Assembly (NCBI GenBank): GCA_030390025.1
Contig: CM059438.1
Location: forward strand, 70,620,001 to 70,684,000
Length of the DNA: 64,000 nucleotides
DNA from: Squalus acanthias
Lineage: Eukaryota
Direction of reading: 5' to 3'
Position 1 is the first letter of the stretch. Every line of letters starts with the position of its first letter. Below are positions 1 through 10,965 of the stretch, in pieces. A program made the position numbers and the translations under genes. The notes beneath the pieces were generated by a model. That model was not told the origin of the DNA. It saw nothing but the letters and a program-made list of their open reading frames with translations, and made no database searches.

Positions 1-134
1 ATGTTTTGGGACTGACACTCGCCTCTGCTGACATCACTTTTCCAGTCTGAATTTATGGTTTCTTGCTGCCTTGGCTCATTCCACAGCATTTCTGCCTATG
101 CTGCACCACCTGCAACATATTCTGAGAAAGCACT

Positions 135-320
135 ATGTCCAATTCCAAGCCAAGGGCCTCCCCGAGGCTCTCGGATGAGGCGCTGCAAATGTTGTTTGAG
201 GGGGTGACAGCTAGCATGGAGGTGCTCTTCTATTCATCTGGGAGGAAGACGCCTGCCAAAGAAATCAAGGCTGTGTGGGTTCAGCTGGCAAGGGATATAA
301 CCTCCAGATCTGTGTGCAGA
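135..320 (+). pseudogene. Myb/SANT-like DNA-binding protein N-terminal exon (Harbinger partner gene), truncated
   Basis: PRASPRLSDEALQMLFEGV...VLF...W matches the PRFSDAALEALVEEV...VLY...W exon of the element at 46149-45911. Confidence 0.75.
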
Positions 321-1417
321 TTGGGAGAATGTTTATGTGTATTGATGAAATGCCATCCCCGTTGGAAAGCATTAAAATGATTTGAAGCCAAAATATTGGC
401 GTTATGGCATCTGTTCTTTCGCCTTAGGCAGCTCCACATTGCGGGCTCCGCAACATTTGCATTGTCAGGTTGGTGGCCTGAGTGAAAGGAGGCCAGAGAG
501 TCATGTCCATTGTCAATGATGTCCTGGATGGAGCCAAGGACATGTTCCAACTTGGGCAACCTATGCAAATGTGGCCAGGATAAGTTCATCCCTTGCATCC
601 TGGGCAGCCATGTGCTCGCGTGCTGCCGCTGCTGCTGGTCGATACACCGGCACTCTGACCTCCTCCTGCTCCTCCTCCTCCTCCTTCTAATCCTCATCTG
701 AGGAGGGCTGGAACTGAGCCGCTTGCTCATCAGGAAGCTGCAAGCCAGGACGCTGTGCCATGTTGTGCAGTGTACAGCAGACCACGACCATTCTGGAGAC
801 CCTGTATGGTGTATACTGCAGGGCTCCACCTGATCGGTCAAGGCAACGGAAGCGCATCTTCAATAACCCAATGGTTTGCTCTGTGATGGACCTGGTCGAA
901 GTGTGACTGACGTTGTAGCGCTCTTCAGCCTCGTTAGCTGGCCTCCTGATCGGCGTCATTAGCCACTTCTTCAGTGGATAGCCTTTGTCACCAAGGAGAC
1001 ATCCGTTAAGTTGGTTTGGTGGATTGAAAAGTGGAGGAACATTAGAGTGCCACAGGATGAAAGAGTCATGGCAACTACCACAGAACCTGGCGCAAGCATG
1101 CAAAAACTCCTTCTTGAGGTTACACACCAGCTGTATGTTGAGGGAGTGGAAGCCCTTTCGGTTGACAAAGATAGCTGGGTTGTGATGGGGTGCCCTAAGG
1201 GCCACATGTGTGCAGTCTATGACGCCATATTTGCAAAGCCAACCGAATGGGTGGTTATACTTGCTTGATCCCTTGTGAACTGGATGTAATTGTGGGCCTT
1301 AGCAAAAAGGGCATCGGCAACCTGCGTGATGCAACTATGGGTGGCTGACTGGGAGATGCCGCTGATGTCTGCTGATGATCCCTGGAAGGAGCCTGAGGCA
1401 AAGAAGTTGAGTGCGGT

Positions 1418-1512
1418 AATAACAACAGAAAACGCTGGAAAAACTCAGCAGGCCAGGCAGCATCCGTGGAGAGAGAAAGAGAGTTAACGTTTCAGGTCGA
1501 TGACCTTTCGTC
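1418..1512 (-). mobile_element. Penelope-like pLTR fragment (family A) inserted in the transposase
   Basis: Homologous to 29936-30035 and 63566-63855. Flanked by 16-bp duplication AGAAGTTGAGTGCGGT (1402-1417 and 1513-1528). Confidence 0.9.
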
Positions 1513-1516
1513 AGAA
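1482..1516 (-). ncRNA. Minimal type-I hammerhead ribozyme motif with stem I truncated
   Basis: Minus strand reads TT-CTGACGA-A-AGGTC-ATC-GACCT-GAAA-CGTT-AACT. Confidence 0.7.
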
Positions 1517-2801
1517 GTTGAGTGCGGTGATGACTTTGACAGCCACTGGTAAGGGGTATCCACCCGTTCCTCTGGGCACCGGGTCTTGCTGCAGCAGGCC
1601 CCAGATCTCTCGGACAACCTCTCGCGAAAGTCTCAGCCTCCTTTGGCACTGCTGCTCACTCATGTTGAGGTAGCTCATCCTTTGTCTGTAAACCCTCTGT
1701 CGGGGGTATCTCCTGCGGCGAGGGGCCTCGATGCGCGGGTGCCTTCTGCCCTGTGCAGCATCAGGTGGCTGAGCAGGAGGTTGGGGCTCCTGCTGCTGTT
1801 GCTGCTGAGCTGCCTGGTTCTGCTGCTGCCGTGGATGGTCCTCATCCTCATCTGAGATCCATGCAGAAAGAAAACGAATGGTTCCAATGCTGCTTGCAGA
1901 TGCCTCCTTTGGGGAAGCGCTCATTGCAAGCGGGGAGAGGGTCTTCAAAGGAGGTCCCACAGTTGATAGATTCAAGCTGCAGCACCTCCGACTTCGAAGG
2001 CCTTCTAAAAATGCTCAGAGACCTTTTAAAGCAAAGATCTGGCACCTGCAAGTAATCCTTGATGCAATAAATGATGTCTTGTTGGACCTGCAGCAGTGAG
2101 GAGGCCACCCACGAGTCAACCCACCAGGTTTACCTGCCGTGGTTTCGGAGGTGCGTGGAGCACGCCAAAATGCTCGAAAAATCACGAGGGCCTCTCAAAA
2201 TATGCTTAGAGAGGCTCTTAACGAGCATTTAATGATCATAAGTATCGCTATGGCCAGCTGCAGGCGGGACCATTTCCCGACCTCCAAAACCGGCACCGGC
2301 AAAATCCCACGGAGGCGGGTTCCGAACCCACCCTCATTGAATCTGATTTTCCCGCCTTTCCCGCCTCCAAACCCACCTCCTCCAACAGCAGAAAATCGCC
2401 CCCCGAGTGTCTGCCATTCCCAGGAGAATCAGATGTCTTATAATGGTGGAATTCTGCCCACACCTTAAAAGTCAAATGTGGTCTGGGGTGGCACCAGGGG
2501 CGGGGACTTCTTACGCCCAGAGTTCCCGCTTCTGTGGCTCAGTCGGGACCCAGTATATCTGTGGAGGCCGGTGCACTCAGTGAGGTGAGGCTTACCAGCC
2601 TCCAAATGGCGGATGTAGGCCCCACTGGTGGAGCAACAACCTGAACCCTCAAAGAAAGGGACCTTTAATATAAACATTTTTCCAGATTAGTCCTTTTACT
2701 TGGGGTCAAGAAGAACATAGCCAGAGTTGCGGTTGGGGTTTGGAGGCTGGCAACACTCTGCCCCCTATTGTGGACAGGCACCAGAGTTTCTATCTGCATA
2801 A

Positions 2802-3200
2802 GGGGCTGGATTTTCATTGACCCGTGGAGGCGGGTTTGGAGGCGTGTGGGGGATTAAAATTGCGAAAACTGGCGGGCGGGCACAAGTCCGCCTCCATGCA
2901 ATTTTCATTAAATCGTGTCTGCTGGTCCCGACTCCGTCCCGCCTTTAAGAGACGGGATAGGCTGTTAAGGCCCTTAACAAGCTCTAAATTGGCTCTAAAA
3001 TGCCATTTTGAAAGGCCTTTGTGATTTTAACCCTTGTTCTACGTGAAGCACGCCTGTTCTGAACCACGATTGTGAAACCTGGCGGGAGCACATTTCGAAA
3101 GCTGACTATCAGCTGCAGGTCCACTATTACAATGGAGAAGTAGTCGTAGGAATAGGGCTGCTGCTGGTCATTTTGCCTTCAGGTCCTCTCACAGCAACGG

Positions 3201-3252
<52 letters not shown>

Positions 3253-3612
3253 CCAAGTCCTCTCACAGCAAAGGCCAGGCAGTCTCTGAAGACCTTCAAT
3301 GCAGCAGCAATGATGACATCATCAGAGGTGACTTTCAGACTGAAACCACTAATTGGTTCATGGGTTCCCACAATGCTGGAACTCAATTGCCCAATTAGGT
3401 GAAAATTGCATCAATCTCCCACATCCAATTGCAGTCGGGTGGATGACACGAAAAGTGGATGACACGACCCCAACCCGCCCCAGTATCAAAATCCAGCCCA
3501 AGGTGTTGAAAAAGTGCCCATAGAAGTGCTTGTGCTGGCCTGCCCCATGCTAATTGGTTGCCCTCCCACTGAGTCCACGAGCTGCAGCAGCAGCCCAAGA
3601 AATTTTAGCCCC
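2802..3612. mobile_element. Harbinger-type MITE containing a (CT)n tract
   Basis: Ends GGGGCTGGATTTT and AAATTTTAGCCCC, GC-rich subtermini, (CT)n at about 3201-3250. TSD not clear. Confidence 0.65.
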
Positions 3613-4229
3613 GTAAATATTATTTTACACCTACTTTTAATTTTTTTCTTCCCAATTTTTAGCCCTCCCAGAATGAGAGAAAACAAATAAACTAAACAAC
3701 ATTCCGATATGATTGGTAAACTGGGAAAACTTCAGATCTTCAATGTTACTTTGAACAGCACCACAGTACAGGGCAGTGGTGAAAACAACATGTAACCAAT
3801 TGCCATGTACTATTCTTTGAACAGGAGGCTGTCAGCGGACCTGCTGGAAGACATTTGGCAATGTCGTTATTGAGCCAGCCACTCAAAAGTCCACAGGTCA
3901 AACTGTGTTGTTTTGTTGTTTGACTTTCCCTCCCTCCTTAACTGAGGGTACATCTCCAGATCCACTTCACAGCTGCTTTAACACCACAAACTGAGATTAG
4001 AAGGCACCACCTCACATCATACCACTTCACGGCATAGTACACAAGTGCACCAGCTGCAAAACAGCATTTGTTTGAGGGTTTTTTCAGTTCTCATCTCCCT
4101 CTTAATGCTGGTATTTGAGAAATAAATAAAGAAACCGGTTTGCTTCTCTGAAGTATGAGGAGAATTTGATATCAATGGCTCGATACAGCAGCTTCTAACC
4201 CTACCTTTTATTCATTTTGAAAGTTTTCC

Positions 4230-4610
4230 CCCTCGCCTCAAGAAGACCAATGACTCGTAATAGGATACGATTCCATGGGCGTTAAAAGATCCCTGATCAC
4301 TCACACAAATGACCATTCTTCATGTGTGAGCCTAGACAGTGAGTGTTGATGAGCTGTGAATGGCATCATACCCAGGTCTAATCCTGTCCTCACTTCACAG
4401 CTGCAGATGTAGTGTAGACTGTTCCTGCAGCTTTACTGGATTGCAATCAGGAGCAGAAACCGTCCTGATTTTTTTCAGTCTCTGGCCAAGGGTCAACAAG
4501 ACCAGTTGTATGTCTCCACCTCTGCTTCTGCCGAAACCGATTGACTCAGCACAGACTAGGAATCAAACTTAGGGCCTGCAATACATTTGCCCAGTGGACT
4601 GTTGGTGGGG
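4230..4610 (-). mobile_element. Old SINE-like repeat (family also at about 51120-51330 and 55670-56030)
   Basis: Reverse complement CAACACTCACTGTCTAGGCTCACACATGAAGAATGGTC aligns with CAACAGTCAATGTCAGGATTCACACATGGATAATGATC at about 55919. Confidence 0.6.
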
Positions 4611-4784
4611 CCCCAAAATCTTGCTTTCAGTGCCCAAAAGACCATTTTAATTTCTATTTGAGAATTCACATTTTATTCTTATCTAAATTTTTAGAGTATC
4701 TGATGAGATACACAGAACAAAATAGAAGTTTAATTGGGGATACTTTTGAAAAGGGTATATCCCTCCATCACCTTAAAGAACAAG

Positions 4785-5185
4785 ATTGGCTCAGTTGGGA
4801 GCACCCTTGTCTCTAAGTCAGAAGGTCATTGCTTCAGTTGCCCATTCCTGGGCTGTTTTTCAACTCTCCTTTTAGAATTGTCATGAGATGTTAAACTGAG
4901 AATTCTGCCTGTTTTGGTGGTTCAAGTGGATGCTAAAAATCCCATTGAACTATTTGGAGAAGAGTAAAGAGTTCCCTCGGTGTCATGGCCAACATTTCTC
5001 CCTCAACCAGGCATCAGCAAACAAAGCATTAACTGACCATTCATCTCACTGCTGTTTCAAGTATCTTGTGTGCAAAACATTTGCCTACATAACAATGCTG
5101 AATTCACTTTAAAGTAATTCATTGTTTGTGAAGCACATGAGATTTTTTTGAGAAACGTGATAAAGCAAATGCAAGTCGCTCTTTC
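4785..5185 (+). mobile_element. tRNA-derived Deu-type SINE (SacSINE1-like), diverged
   Basis: A-box TGGCTCAGTTGG; body aligns with 24367-24800; tail AAATGCAAGT. Confidence 0.7.
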
Positions 5186-5267
5186 TTACTATTTTGTGTT
5201 CTTACTAAAATTGTTTCGGAAAGGAGATGAGTAACATTTTCATTTCAATTCAATAAATTAGGATAAT

Positions 5268-5492
5268 TTTTTTACGCAGCGAGTTGTTATGATCAGGAAC
5301 GCGCTGCCTGAAAGGGTGGTGGAAGCAGATTCAATAGTAACTTTCAAAAGGGAATTAGATATGTACTTGAAAAGGGAATATTTTGCAGGGCTTTGGGGAA
5401 AGAGTAAAGGAGTGGGACTAATTGAATAGCTCTTTCAAAGAGCCGGCACAGGCACGATGGGCCGAATGGCCTCCTTCTGTGCTGTATGATTC
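5268..5492 (+). mobile_element. CR1 LINE 3' fragment
   Basis: FFTQRVVMIRNALPERVVEADSIVTFKRELD C-terminus followed by the GGGCCGAATGGCCT 3'UTR. Confidence 0.85.
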
Positions 5493-5562
5493 GATAAAAT
5501 GAGTAGATAATACAATGGTGCGTTGGTCACGATTTATGCTTTGGTCTTTAGTTTGCACATAA

Positions 5563-6135
5563 ACCTCCTGACTCCCCAAAGCCTTTCCACCATCTACAAG
5601 GCACAAGTAAGGAGTGTGATGGAATACTCTTCACTTGCCTGGATGAATGCAGCTCCAACAACACTCAAGAAGCTCGACATCATCCAGGACAAAGCAGCCC
5701 GCTTGATTGGCACCCCATCCACCACCTTAAACATTCAGTCCCTCCACCACCGGCACACCGTGGCTGCAGTGCGTTCCATCTACAAGATGCACTGCAGCAA
5801 CTCGCCAAGGCTTCTTCGGCAGCACCTCCCAAACCTGCGACCTCTTGCACCTAGAAGGACAAAGGCAGCAGGCGCATGGGAACACCACCACCTCCAAGTT
5901 CCCCTCCAAGTCACACACCATCCTGACTTAGAAGTATATCGCCGATCCTTCATCGTCACTGGGTCAAAATCCTGGAACTCCCTACCTAACAGCATTGTGG
6001 GAGTACCTTCACCACATGGACTGCAGCGGTTCAAGAAGGCGGCTCACCACCACTTTCTCAAGGGCAACTAGGGATGGGTAATAAATGCTGGCCTCGTCAG
6101 CGACGCCCACATCACATAAACAAATTTTTAAAAAA
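5563..6135 (+). mobile_element. CR1/L2-group LINE family B, 3' fragment
   Basis: LLTPQSLSTIYKAQVRSVMEY...WNSLP; near-identical to 32470-33257 and 62362-63170; ends AATAAATGCTGGCC plus an A-rich tail. Confidence 0.9.
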
Positions 6136-8173
6136 TTAATAAGTTTTCCAAATACTTCTTCATGAAGATAGCGCCCCTTTAAAAGAGTTGCTGCTTGATC
6201 AGAAGAAGAAGATATGTCCTGAGTGAGAAACCACTCCTTTGCACAAACACTTGTCCCCTGATTTCAACTTTTGGCGGTGGTGGAAAATGGACGTTTGCGG
6301 ATTGGCCGCCCTTTATACACCCCACCCGATTTTCCCTTCCACTGACTACCGCCACTTCCGAAAATTAAAATCAGCCCTTTTGTCTCTGCAGCCATCCAGG
6401 TATCTGATATAGAATCACGTCGCATCAATTAACCCCCATAAAGCAAATATGGTCATGGTTTTTTCATTTGGAAAGGTTTCAGGACACCTCTCTGGGTCTG
6501 AGCCTAGTGTTCTAACCACTAACGACAGGTAATAAACAGTCACTGCTCACACAGTTTGTTTTCTGCTTGGGTTTCCATGGGCCTTGACGTTTCTGAGGGT
6601 GTTTTAATTAAGTTAGGGACAGCTTGCAGTAATTGCACCTGCTCCCAATTTTCCGCATTATGTTACAGAGCCATGTTAAAATAGGTTTTTCTGAGAATAC
6701 ATTATATATTTTTGGAAAATAAATAAATAAAAACTGGAAATGGCCCAGCAGGCAGGGATTCAGTCATTTGTTTGCTTTGCAATCAGGAACAAGTGTATTT
6801 TGTTTTTCTTGTTTTATTGTGAAAGGTACTCATTATTTTATCGAGTGCCCCAGGAATAAAAATACGATTGCTGAAATATTGTGGGGTCACGCACCATTGA
6901 ATTAAAACTTTCGTACACATTCAAATTACACCAGTCTCCATAAGAGATGCTTTGTAAACCTCACCAGTAAAACTAAGAGACTTGTGCAGAACAGCCCGGG
7001 GCTATCGGGATCCCTGCTTGGAGGTAGTGAATGCTGGCAGGCACCCCCATTGTACATGCCAAGAAATCAGGCTCTTTTCCGACTTGATGTGAAAAACAAT
7101 TTTATTCAAAATATATGTGATTGAAATTGTGGTTCCTGTTGACGCAGATAGAACAGAGAATTAACACAAAATGTAGCACAACAATAATACTCTTCTGCGT
7201 CCAGGTATTGAAATGGACAGCTTACTTCCAGGGTGAATGACGTCCATGCTGGAGTGTATCTTCACTTTGAAAAGTATAGATTTGTACAGTGCATCAAAAC
7301 TCGATATGAACCCCCATTTCAGGCCTCAGTCTGATGGAAGCAGAGTGGACTATCCAGACTGGTAAAAGTGCACCCATATTCAGTGCATCTAAGGCATCCG
7401 TCATACGAAGTGTTTGCATGTGTTACAGATGTCGCTACTAATATTGTTTTTCATATACCTGTCAAGTATGATCAGTGATATCTCAGAAGGAATGACTGAT
7501 GTGGACTGTCTATATGTGCTTCACATGCAGTTAAAGAGACAGCAAAAGAAGCACCGTACTGATGCATCCACTGTATGGGAACCCAGATTGTTTGGTGTCG
7601 GAGTCTTGGTATTTGCTACCGTGAGACAATCCATCCATTTTAAAAACGACACTCTTTCAAGGACATTTTACTCATGAATAAGGAAGAACTTGCATTTATA
7701 AAGGGCCTTATTGTGTCTATCTAACTTCGCAATAAGCACAGTGAATTACTTTGAAGCATAATCGATGTTGCAATGTAGGCGAGTGCGGCAGTAAAAGGCC
7801 ATGTAACATATTTCATAACATGCCATAAGCATTTCTCCTTTTGTAATGCTTTCTCGACACAAATATGTTTTGTATTAAAAATAAATCCCTGGTCTGAAAG
7901 CCAAATTCTTAAATTTTGACAGTTAATGGATATCCTATTAAAAATCCAAAGTTCCAAATCCAAAATCCTGAATCTGCCCTCAAATGTTATTGCCAAAAGC
8001 CTGTTGCTCCGTCTCTTCTTATGAACCATTCCAGTGGATGTCAGGAGTGGAGCAGATAATGTAAGCAACATGGAACTCATTACATCACCAGTTGAACAGT
8101 TCAAAAACTGGTGGTAGTGATAGTGGGGAGTGTGGGTAACGCTAAATTTGAAAAGGAACACTGAAGGTATATA

Positions 8174-8360
8174 AAAGCATAAAATGCTGGAAACACTCAG
8201 CAGGTCAGACGTCGTCTGCGGAGAGAGGAGGGTAGGGTTAATGTTTCGGGTCTGATGACCCTTCATCAGAACCCTTCTCCACTGACGCTGCCTGACCTGC
8301 TGAGTGTTTCCGGCATTTGCAGTATCTATTTCAGATTTTCAACATCCGCAGTATCTTTCT
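8174..8360. mobile_element. Penelope-like pLTR foldback element (family A)
   Basis: Inverted arms ATGCTGGAAACACTCAGCAGGTCAG and CTGACCTGCTGAGTGTTTCCGGCAT around a central hammerhead motif. Confidence 0.85.
8235..8274 (-). ncRNA. Minimal type-I hammerhead ribozyme motif
   Basis: Minus strand reads GGGTT-CTGATGA-A-GGGTC-ATCA-GACCC-GAAA-CATT-AACCC. Confidence 0.75.
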
Positions 8361-8852
8361 TTTTGTTTTGTTGAAGGATTTGAAACCGTTGAATTTTAAG
8401 AATTAAAAGAATGGATCATGACTTACAGGGACATTTGGTGGGGGTGAGGAGGATGAGAGGCAGCAGCTTTATAGCCTCAATGAAAAAGAATATGACTGCC
8501 CTTCAGTCGGACTCCTAAGCTATAATCCCAGTCTTGGTTGTCATTCAGATCCTATTTCACTCAGTATAAATGAGTGCTCCACAGTGAAGAACATGCTGAC
8601 TCAGAAAGTGTAGAACACCAGCAATTCCCAACAGAAGCACACCACTGACCACAGACCGCGACTCATGGGGACCGCGGAGAGATCCGCACCTCGGACAGTG
8701 CTGCCCTTTTGTGTGCAAGGACCTAATAGATGAGAGGCTGAAGGTGATGTGAATTAATGGAGCAAATAATAACTGCATTCTGCTGCCCGCATCCTAACTC
8801 GCACCAAGTTCCGTTCACCCATCACCCCAGTGCTCGTTGATCTGCATTGCCC

Positions 8853-9871
8853 CAACAACAACAACTTGTATTCACATAGCGCCTTCGACGTAGTAAAACA
8901 TCCCAAGGCGCTTCACAGGAGCGTTATCAAACAAAATTTGACATTGAGCCACATAAGGGCAGAGAGGTAGGTTTTAAGGAGCGCCTTAAAGGAGGAAAGA
9001 GAGGTAGAAAGGCAGAGAGGTTTAGGGAGGGAATTCCAGAGTTTAGGGTCTTGGCAGCTGAAGGCACGGCCACCAATGGTGGAGCGATTAAAATCGGGGA
9101 TGGTCAAGAGGCCAGGATTAGAGAAGCGCAGATATCTCAGAGCATTGTGGGGCTGGAGGTGTTTACAGAGATAGGGAGGGGCGAAGCCATGGAGGGATTT
9201 GAACACAAGGATGAGAATTTTAAAATCAAAGCGTTGCTTAAGCGGGAGCAAATGTAGGTCAGTGAGCACAGGGGTGATGGGTGAACGGGACCTGGTGCGA
9301 GTTAGGACAGGGGCGGCAGAGTTTTGGATGACCTCAATTTTACGGAGGGTAGAAGGTGGGAGGCCGGCCAGGAGTGCATTGGAATAGTCAAGTCTAACGA
9401 TAACAAAGGCATAGTTAAGAGTTTCAGCAGCAGATGAGCTGAGCCGGGGTGGAGTCGGGCAATGTTACGGAGGTGGAAATAGGCGGTCTTAGTGCAGATA
9501 TGTGGTCGGAAGCTCACCTCAGGGTCAAACATGACACCAAGGTTGCGAACAATCTGGTTCAGCCTCAGAGAGTTGCCAAGGAGAGGGATGGAGTCAGTGG
9601 CTAGGGAATGGAGTTTGTGGCGGGTTTCCCAATATTTAGTTGGAGGAAATTTCTGCTCATCCAGTACTGGATGTCGGACAAGCAGTCTGACAATTTAGAG
9701 ACAGTGGTGAGGTCGAGAGAGGTGATGATGAAGTAGAGCTGGGTGTTGTCGGTGTACATGTGGAAACTGACGCTGTGTTTGCGGAGGGAGCCAAGGATGG
9801 ATCCTTGGGGGATACCAGAGGTAACTGTGAGGAAGCGGGAAGAGAAGCTATTACAGGCGATTCTCTGGCTA
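8853..9871 (-). mobile_element. L2 LINE 3' fragment nested in an L2
   Basis: GIPQGSILG, FHMYTDNTQLY, TAYFHLRNIARL; (CAA)n tail at 8853. Confidence 0.88.
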
Positions 9872-10198
9872 TGGACCAGCAATGCCTTAATTTTAAAATT
9901 CTCACCCTTGTTTTCAAATCCCTCCATGGCCTCGCCCCTCCCTATCTCTGTAACCGCCTCCAGAACAACAACCCTCCGAGATATCTGCGCTCCTCCAATT
10001 CTGGCCTCTTGTGCATCCCTGGATTTCTTCGCTCCACCATTGGCGGCCGTAAATTCAGCTGCCTAGGCCCTAAGCTCTGGAATTCCCTCCCTAAACCTCT
10101 CCGCCTTTCTACCCCTCTTTCTTCCTTAAAACCTACTTCTTTCACCAAGCTTTTGCTCACCTGTCCTAATATCTCCTTAGGTGGCTCAGAGTCACATT

Positions 10199-10965
10199 GG
10201 GCCAGAAATTCGGCTCTTGTCGGGTGAGTACTCGCTGTGTACTCACCCGTAAGGCCACCTGAAGTGCCGGTTTCCTGCATGCACTGCGCATGCGCGGGAA
10301 ACCGGAACTTCCATTCCCCTGAAGGGAGGGGTTCAGAAGTCGAAAGCGTGCGCGGTAGAGGCAGCGCACACGCAGCGAACTTCGGTTTTTTTTTCAGGTT
10401 TCTCCGTGAGGGTAAGTACGGAGAAGCTGCGCAGGAAAAAAGGAGGCGCAAGGCCTGCTTTTAACAAGGTAAGTGGTGAATTAAATACAATTTAAACATT
10501 TTTTCAACAGGTTTATCTTTTTTACATACTTTAAAGAAAGGTAACTTTATTTTTAGCACCATTAAAAAGTGTAATTTATTTTTTCAAAAATAAAATTTTT
10601 TGTTTCAAGTAGTTAATTTATGTAATTTATAGTAATTTTAAAAATGTGATGTTTATTTATAATTTATTTGAAGTTTTAGTTAGGTTTTTGGGGGGTGATC
10701 TCTATTCATAGATTTGACAGATCTTCCTGTCAAAATCTATGAACGGAGATTCCCTGCTCCGATTGGCTCTCCATGGCCCACGTGATCCCAGGGGACGCTT
10801 TGAACTAACTGCGCCCCTGGGATACGCAAGCACAGCGTGCTGGCAGCTGCAGGAGGCCCAGGAGCCGAATTCCACGTGGGCCCGAAGCACAACGGCAGGC
10901 GCGGTAGGTAAGTACGCGCGCGATCCTTGCACCCGCGGGAATCCGGAGAGCCGAATTTCTGGCCC
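10199..10965. mobile_element. Harbinger-type MITE, 767 bp
   Basis: Perfect 19-bp TIR GGGCCAGAAATTCGGCTCT; TSD ATT on both sides. Removing the element restores the L2 3'UTR spacing. Confidence 0.92.

Larger units (their letters stand above)
561..1888 (-). pseudogene. Harbinger DDE transposase (HARBI1-like), disrupted
   Basis: Motifs [60 protein letters not shown]. Premature stop at 687; the frame then continues ARDELILATFA* to 561. A 95-bp insert sits at 1418-1512. Confidence 0.92.
1..2403. mobile_element. PIF/Harbinger DNA transposon, decayed; left end not seen in window
   Basis: Convergent Myb-like fragment (+) and HARBI1-like transposase (-). Right terminus AAAATCGCCCCC (2392-2403) resembles the GGG-N5-WWTT TIRs of the other elements here. 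Confidence 0.85.
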
